Positions 59,371-64,000 of a DNA stretch of 64,000 nucleotides are shown here, in pieces. Under the pieces are notes generated by a model. That model was given only the letters and a program-made list of their open reading frames with translations, made no database searches and had not been told where the DNA came from. The position numbers and the translations under genes are program-made. The DNA is taken from NCBI RefSeq assembly GCF_004959855.1, contig NZ_SPNT01000009.1:54739-118738 (forward strand), given 5' to 3'. Numbering within the stretch: position 1 is the stretch's first letter; the number at the start of each line of letters is the position of its first letter. The stretch is from Nitratireductor sp. XY-223. Lineage in GTDB: Bacteria > Pseudomonadota > Alphaproteobacteria > Rhizobiales > Rhizobiaceae.

Positions 59371-61050
59371 TTGTCCGGCGCGTGCGCAGGGGAGGAACTA
59401 TGTCGCCGCGATGTCATTGTGGTGGGGGCCGGCCTTGCCGGGCTCGTCGCCGCGGCGGAACTTTCCGATGCGGGCAAATCGGTCATCATTGTCGATCAGG
59501 AGAACGAGAACAATATCGGCGGCCAGGCGTTCTGGTCGTTCGGCGGATTGCTGTTCGTCGATTCCCCGGAGCAGCGGCGGCTCGGCATCCGCGACAGCCG
59601 AGATCTCGCCTGGCAGGACTGGCTCGGATCGGCGGCGTTCGATCGCGACGAAGACCACTGGCCGCGAAAGTGGGCCGAGGCCTATGTCGATTTCGCGTCG
59701 GGCGAAAAGCGCTCGTGGCTGCACCAGCAGGGGGTGCGCTGGTTCCCGATCGTCGGCTGGGCCGAGCGCGGCGGGGCGCTGGCGGACGGCCACGGCAACT
59801 CGGTTCCGCGTTTCCACATCACATGGGGCACCGGCCCCGGCCTGATCGTGCCGTTCGAGCGCCGGGTCCGCGAGGGCGTTGCCCGGGGCACCGTGCGGCT
59901 GTGTTTCCGCCACCAGGTCGACGAGATCGTGACCGCCGACGGCCGGGTCACCGGCGTGCGCGGTACAGTGCTGGAGGAGACGGATGCCGCCCGCGCCGTC
60001 CAGTCGTCACGCAACGCGGTCGGCGAATTCTCTTTCTCCGCCGGCGCCGTCGTCGTCAGTTCCGGCGGCATCGGCGGCAATCACGATCTGGTGCGCAAAA
60101 ACTGGCCGCGCGACCGGCTCGGTGAGCCGCCGAAGGAGATGATCTCGGGCGTGCCGCACCACGTCGACGGGCGCATGCTGGGGATTTCGGAAAAGGCAGG
60201 CGCGTCGATCATCAATTCGGACCGCATGTGGCACTACACCGAGGGTGTCCGCAACTGGGATCCGATCTGGCCCAAACACGGCATTCGCGTCCTGCCGGGA
60301 CCGTCATCGTTCTGGTGCGACGCGGAGGGCAACCGCATGCCGGTCCCCTGCCTTCCGGGTTTCGACACGTTGTCGACGCTCGCCCACATCATGCGCAGCG
60401 GCCATGATTACAGCTGGTTCGTGCTGACCCAGTCGATCATCGAGAAGGAATTCGCGCTTTCGGGATCCGAGCAGAACCCGGACCTGACCGAAAAGAGCAT
60501 CCGCAAGGTGCTGCAGCGGGTGGGCAAGGGCGCACCGCCGCCGGTCGAGGCCTTCAAGGAAAAGGGCGAGGATTTCGTCGTCCGCGACACGCTCGAGGCG
60601 CTGGTCGAAGGCATGAACGCGCTGACCGGCACGCAACGCATCGACCACGATCACCTGCGGACGCAGATCGAGGCGCGCGACCGCGAGATCGAGAACAAGT
60701 ACACCAAGGACCTGCAGGTCACGGCGATCCGCGGCGCGCGCAATTTCATCGGCGACCGGCTGATCCGGACAGCCAAACCGCACCGGATCCTCGATGAGAA
60801 GCACGGCCCGCTGATCGCCGTGCGGCTCAACATCCTGACCCGCAAGACACTGGGCGGCATCCACACGGACCTGTCCGCGCGGGTGCTGGACGCCTCCGGG
60901 AATGTGATCGAGGGGCTTTATGCGGCGGGCGAGGCGGCCGGTTTCGGCGGCGGCGGCATGCACGGCTACAACGCGCTCGAGGGTACTTTCCTCGGCGGAT
61001 GCATCTTCTCCGGCCGCACGGCGGGCCGGGCGGCGCGGGATGCCGTCTAG
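59371..61050 (+). CDS. FAD-binding dehydrogenase (fumarate reductase/succinate dehydrogenase flavoprotein-like family)
   Basis: Rossmann motif DVIVVGAGLAGL and a C-terminal FAD-binding region (GLYAAGEAAGFGGGGMHG). The only in-frame start before the Rossmann motif is TTG at 59371. Confidence 0.7.
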   Translation: MSGACAGEELCRRDVIVVGAGLAGLVAAAELSDAGKSVIIVDQENENNIGGQAFWSFGGLLFVDSPEQRRLGIRDSRDLAWQDWLGSAAFDRDEDHWPRKWAEAYVDFASGEKRSWLHQQGVRWFPIVGWAERGGALADGHGNSVPRFHITWGTGPGLIVPFERRVREGVARGTVRLCFRHQVDEIVTADGRVTGVRGTVLEETDAARAVQSSRNAVGEFSFSAGAVVVSSGGIGGNHDLVRKNWPRDRLGEPPKEMISGVPHHVDGRMLGISEKAGASIINSDRMWHYTEGVRNWDPIWPKHGIRVLPGPSSFWCDAEGNRMPVPCLPGFDTLSTLAHIMRSGHDYSWFVLTQSIIEKEFALSGSEQNPDLTEKSIRKVLQRVGKGAPPPVEAFKEKGEDFVVRDTLEALVEGMNALTGTQRIDHDHLRTQIEARDREIENKYTKDLQVTAIRGARNFIGDRLIRTAKPHRILDEKHGPLIAVRLNILTRKTLGGIHTDLSARVLDASGNVIEGLYAAGEAAGFGGGGMHGYNALEGTFLGGCIFSGRTAGRAARDAV

Positions 61051-61098
61051 CGCATCAGCGCAGCACTGATCATGTCGGCCCGTGAGCCTTGCCCGGTT

Positions 61099-62907
61099 CT
61101 ACTGCGCGGCTTCGGTTTCGTGCGGCTCGTCATCGTGGAACTGCAGGCGGGCGAGGCGGGCATAAAGACCGCCCTTGCGCACCAGGCTTGCGTGGTTCCC
61201 TTCCTCGGCGATGCGCCCGTGGTCCATGACGAGGATCCGGTCGGCCTTCTTCACGGTTGCCAGCCGGTGGGCGATGACCAGCGTCGTGCGACCGCGCATA
61301 AGGCCGTTCAGCGCCTTCTGGACCAGCGTCTCGCTTTCGGCGTCGAGCGCCGATGTCGCCTCGTCGAGAAGCAGGACCGGCGCGTCCTTCAGGACCGCAC
61401 GGGCAATGGCGATGCGCTGGCGCTGGCCGCCGGATAGGGTGATGCCCCGCTCGCCGACCCGCGTGTCGTAGCCCTCTTCCATGCGGCTGATGAACGGATC
61501 CGCAAGGGCGGCCCTCGCCGCCTCGACGACCTCGGCTTCCGTGGCATCAGGGCGGCCGAAGGCGATGTTCTCGCGAATCGATGTCGCGAAGATCGCGACG
61601 TCCTGCGGTACGCTGGCCAACCGGTGGCGCACCGCCGAAGGATCGGCCTCGCGCACATCGATACCGTCGAGGCTGATCGCGCCTTTCTCGGGATCGTAAA
61701 ACCGGCTGATCAGCGAAAACAGCGTGCTCTTGCCGGCCCCGGACGGGCCGACGATGGCGACGGTTTCGCCGGGTTTCACTTCGAACGAAAGCCCGTTCAG
61801 GATCGGCTCGTCAGGCCTCGCCGGATAGGAGAACACCACGTCCTCGAACGCTACCGATCCAATGGGCGGCTCGGGCAGGGGCTTCGGATGCGGCGGCGGC
61901 GCGATGACCGGGACCTCGTCTATGAGCTCGGTAAGCCGCTCCGCGGCGCCCGCTGCCTGGGAAATCTCGCCCCAGACTTCGGAGAGTGTGCCGAGGCTCG
62001 ACGCCGCAAGGATCGAATAGAGCAGGAACTGGCCGAGCGTGCCGGCCGACATGTTGCCGACGAGGACCTTGTGCGCTCCGAACCACAGGATGCCGACAAT
62101 GCTGCCGAAGATCATCATGATGGCAAAGCCGGTCAGGAAGGCGCGTGCCCGCACAGCGGCGCGGGCCGCGGAAAAGGCGGTTTCGACGGCGTCGGAGTAG
62201 CGCCGGTTGGCCGTCGGCTCGCCGTTGAAGGCCTGCAGGGTGCGTGACGCCGAGATTGCCTCGCTGGCATAGGCCGTTGCGTCCGCCAGCGTGTCCTGGG
62301 CCTCGCGCGAACGGCCGCGCACGGAGCGTCCGAAACCGACCAGCGGGAAAACGATGACGGGAATAGCAAGCAGCACCAGGCCCGACAGTTCCGGGCTGGT
62401 GACGATCATCATGATCACCGCGCCGAGGCACAGAATCGTGTTGCGCAGCGCCATCGAGGCGGTCGCGCCGACGGCGGACTTGATCTGTGTGGTGTCGGCG
62501 CTGAGCCGCGAGACGATTTCGCCGGACTGATTGGTGTCGAAGAATGACGGGGACAGCGAAGTGACGTGGCTGAAGACATCGCGGCGCAAGTCCGAGACCA
62601 CGCGCTCGCCGATGGTGATGACGAAGTAGTATCGCATGGCGCTCGCCAGTGCGAGGAGGGCGGCGATCACCAGCAGCATGGTGAAATAATTGTTGATGAA
62701 GCCGGCATCCGCACCGAAGAAACCGTTGTCGATCATGCGGCGTACGGCGAGCGGCAGGACCAGCGTCGCGGCGGCGGCAAGCAGCAGCGCGACGATCGCG
62801 CCCGCAACAAGTCCGCGGTAGCTCAGGACATAGGGAAACAGCCGCGTGAGGGGCCTCAGCGTGCGCATCCGGCCGTCTGTGCCTCGGCTCTTATCTGCCA
62901 ATTTCAT
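61099..62907 (-). CDS. ABC transporter, fused permease/ATP-binding protein (MsbA-like exporter)
   Basis: Six-TM domain plus NBD with Walker A (GPSGAGKST), signature (LSGGQRQR) and Walker B (LLLDEATSALD). Confidence 0.9.
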   Translation of the reverse strand: MKLADKSRGTDGRMRTLRPLTRLFPYVLSYRGLVAGAIVALLLAAAATLVLPLAVRRMIDNGFFGADAGFINNYFTMLLVIAALLALASAMRYYFVITIGERVVSDLRRDVFSHVTSLSPSFFDTNQSGEIVSRLSADTTQIKSAVGATASMALRNTILCLGAVIMMIVTSPELSGLVLLAIPVIVFPLVGFGRSVRGRSREAQDTLADATAYASEAISASRTLQAFNGEPTANRRYSDAVETAFSAARAAVRARAFLTGFAIMMIFGSIVGILWFGAHKVLVGNMSAGTLGQFLLYSILAASSLGTLSEVWGEISQAAGAAERLTELIDEVPVIAPPPHPKPLPEPPIGSVAFEDVVFSYPARPDEPILNGLSFEVKPGETVAIVGPSGAGKSTLFSLISRFYDPEKGAISLDGIDVREADPSAVRHRLASVPQDVAIFATSIRENIAFGRPDATEAEVVEAARAALADPFISRMEEGYDTRVGERGITLSGGQRQRIAIARAVLKDAPVLLLDEATSALDAESETLVQKALNGLMRGRTTLVIAHRLATVKKADRILVMDHGRIAEEGNHASLVRKGGLYARLARLQFHDDEPHETEAAQ

Positions 62908-63089
62908 TTCCCATCATATAGGGGCCGCAAAAAACAGCCGCGCCCCTTGTCACTTTCCTGCCCTTCATGTATAGGCTCGCCATCGAATTGGGAAGCCGTG
63001 ACCTTTCGGGTGTGCGGCTTTGTTTGTGATATGGGCTGGTTTGCCGCAGGTGTTTCGCGCGCCGAGCCCAACCGACGCAGGACATTGCA

Positions 63090-63311
63090 ATGAAGGCTGA
63101 CATCCATCCCGACTATCACATGATCAAAGTGGTCATGACCGATGGCACCGAATATGAAACCCGTTCCACCTGGGGTTCGGAAGGCGACACCATGACGCTG
63201 GAAATCGACCCGAAGGCCCATCCGGCCTGGACCGGCGGACACCAGCACCTGGTCGACCGCGGCGGACGGGTATCGAAGTTCAAGAAGCGCTTCGAGGGCC
63301 TTGGCCTCTAG
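63090..63311 (+). CDS. rpmE: 50S ribosomal protein L31
   Basis: 73 aa, [10 protein letters not shown]..., L31 signature. Confidence 0.9.
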   Translation: MKADIHPDYHMIKVVMTDGTEYETRSTWGSEGDTMTLEIDPKAHPAWTGGHQHLVDRGGRVSKFKKRFEGLGL

Positions 63312-63350
63312 CAGCGCGGCGGCAGCCGGATTCCGGCAGCCCGAATAGCA

Positions 63351-63381
63351 AAACCCCGCTCCTTGGAGCGGGGTTTTTTCT
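63351..63381. terminator. Intrinsic terminator (AAAACCCCGCTCC-ttgg-AGCGGGGTTTTTTC), bidirectional
   Basis: Perfect hairpin flanked by an A-run and a T-run, between rpmE (+) and the DUF1465 gene (-). Confidence 0.85.
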
Positions 63382-63412
63382 TACCGGCTTCTATTTTCGT
63401 CCCGTTCTTCTG

Positions 63413-63937
63413 TCAGTTGCCCCCGAAAGCGGTCTGCAGCAGAGAAATCTGCGCCTTGACCGAATTCTCGTTGTCCGGATTGGCCGGCGGCTTGCTGCCG
63501 CTCTTGCGGTGGTAGATTTCCTTGTCCAGGAGAGCGACGCGCGCCTGCAGGCGCAGCGAACGTTCCACGAGGTCGCGGAAGGCCTCCGGCAGGTCGTCCC
63601 AGCCGGGCGCCGTCTTGTCACAGGCAAAGCCGTCGAGGCGGACCTTGGTTTTTTCGGCAACCACCTGTTCGTGGGTCATTTCGCCGTTGTTCACGGCGCG
63701 CTGCAAGAGCAGCCACGAGGCCATCTGCATGAGGCGTGTCGTCAGGCGCATGGATTCGGCCGCGTAGAGCACCGATGCCATGCGCGGGAGGGCCTTGGCC
63801 GCCACACGTCCAGTGCCGTCCAAATAGCCGGCGGTCTCTTCAACCAGCCCCATTCCTTCGGAATAGAGCGCCTTGAAGGATGCGGAGGAGGTAATGCGTT
63901 CCGCAATCTGGATCGTGTTCTTTTGCGTATCTGCCAT
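63413..63937 (-). CDS. DUF1465 family protein
   Basis: DUF1465-like sequence (MASWLLLQRAV, TRLMQMASW); start taken at MADTQKNT. The ORF is open from 63952. Confidence 0.6.
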   Translation of the reverse strand: MADTQKNTIQIAERITSSASFKALYSEGMGLVEETAGYLDGTGRVAAKALPRMASVLYAAESMRLTTRLMQMASWLLLQRAVNNGEMTHEQVVAEKTKVRLDGFACDKTAPGWDDLPEAFRDLVERSLRLQARVALLDKEIYHRKSGSKPPANPDNENSVKAQISLLQTAFGGN

Positions 63938-64000
63938 GCCCCGTAGCCTCAAATTTGCCTAATAATACACTTGCGAATAATGCCATCAAGTCGTGCCGCT

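Noticed and set aside
1-64000. CRISPR arrays, transposases/IS elements, integrases, prophage genes
   Set aside because: No short regular direct-repeat arrays and no transposase, integrase or phage structural proteins found among the translated ORFs; GC content is uniform apart from short AT-rich promoter patches

Overview
High-GC (~63%) alphaproteobacterial (Rhizobiales-like) chromosomal window, densely coded, with no transposases, IS elements or CRISPR array recognised. Housekeeping content: hisN-like phosphatase, gltBD glutamate synthase, galU, hemH, pyk, purEK, efp, suhB, rpmJ, rpmE, hss, pabBC, pepF. Other content: a 7TMR-DISM sensor kinase with a LuxR/FixJ-family regulator and two small secreted Cys proteins; a 3-subunit gluconate 2-dehydrogenase operon; an SPFH-NfeD pair plus an orphan SPFH protein; a MotA/MotB-like stator pair; and two tandem tRNA-like genes with anomalous acceptor stems. 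The most interesting locus is a four-gene minus-strand operon at 6410-9094: a DUF2282 Sec-signal Cys-rich precursor, a DUF692 (MNIO) enzyme, a DUF2063 partner and a DoxX membrane protein. This is a bufferin-type copper-binding RiPP cluster, a family only characterised very recently and normally annotated as hypothetical proteins. Regulatory signals proposed: two sigma-32 consensus promoters (hsp20 and a DUF465 gene), a perfect NarL-type 7-2-7 operator beside the two-component system, a 21-bp AT-rich perfect tandem repeat, a palindrome upstream of gltB, and several intrinsic terminators. All calls come from reading the six-frame track and raw sequence, with no database searches. Start codons are approximate to about +-1 codon in places.
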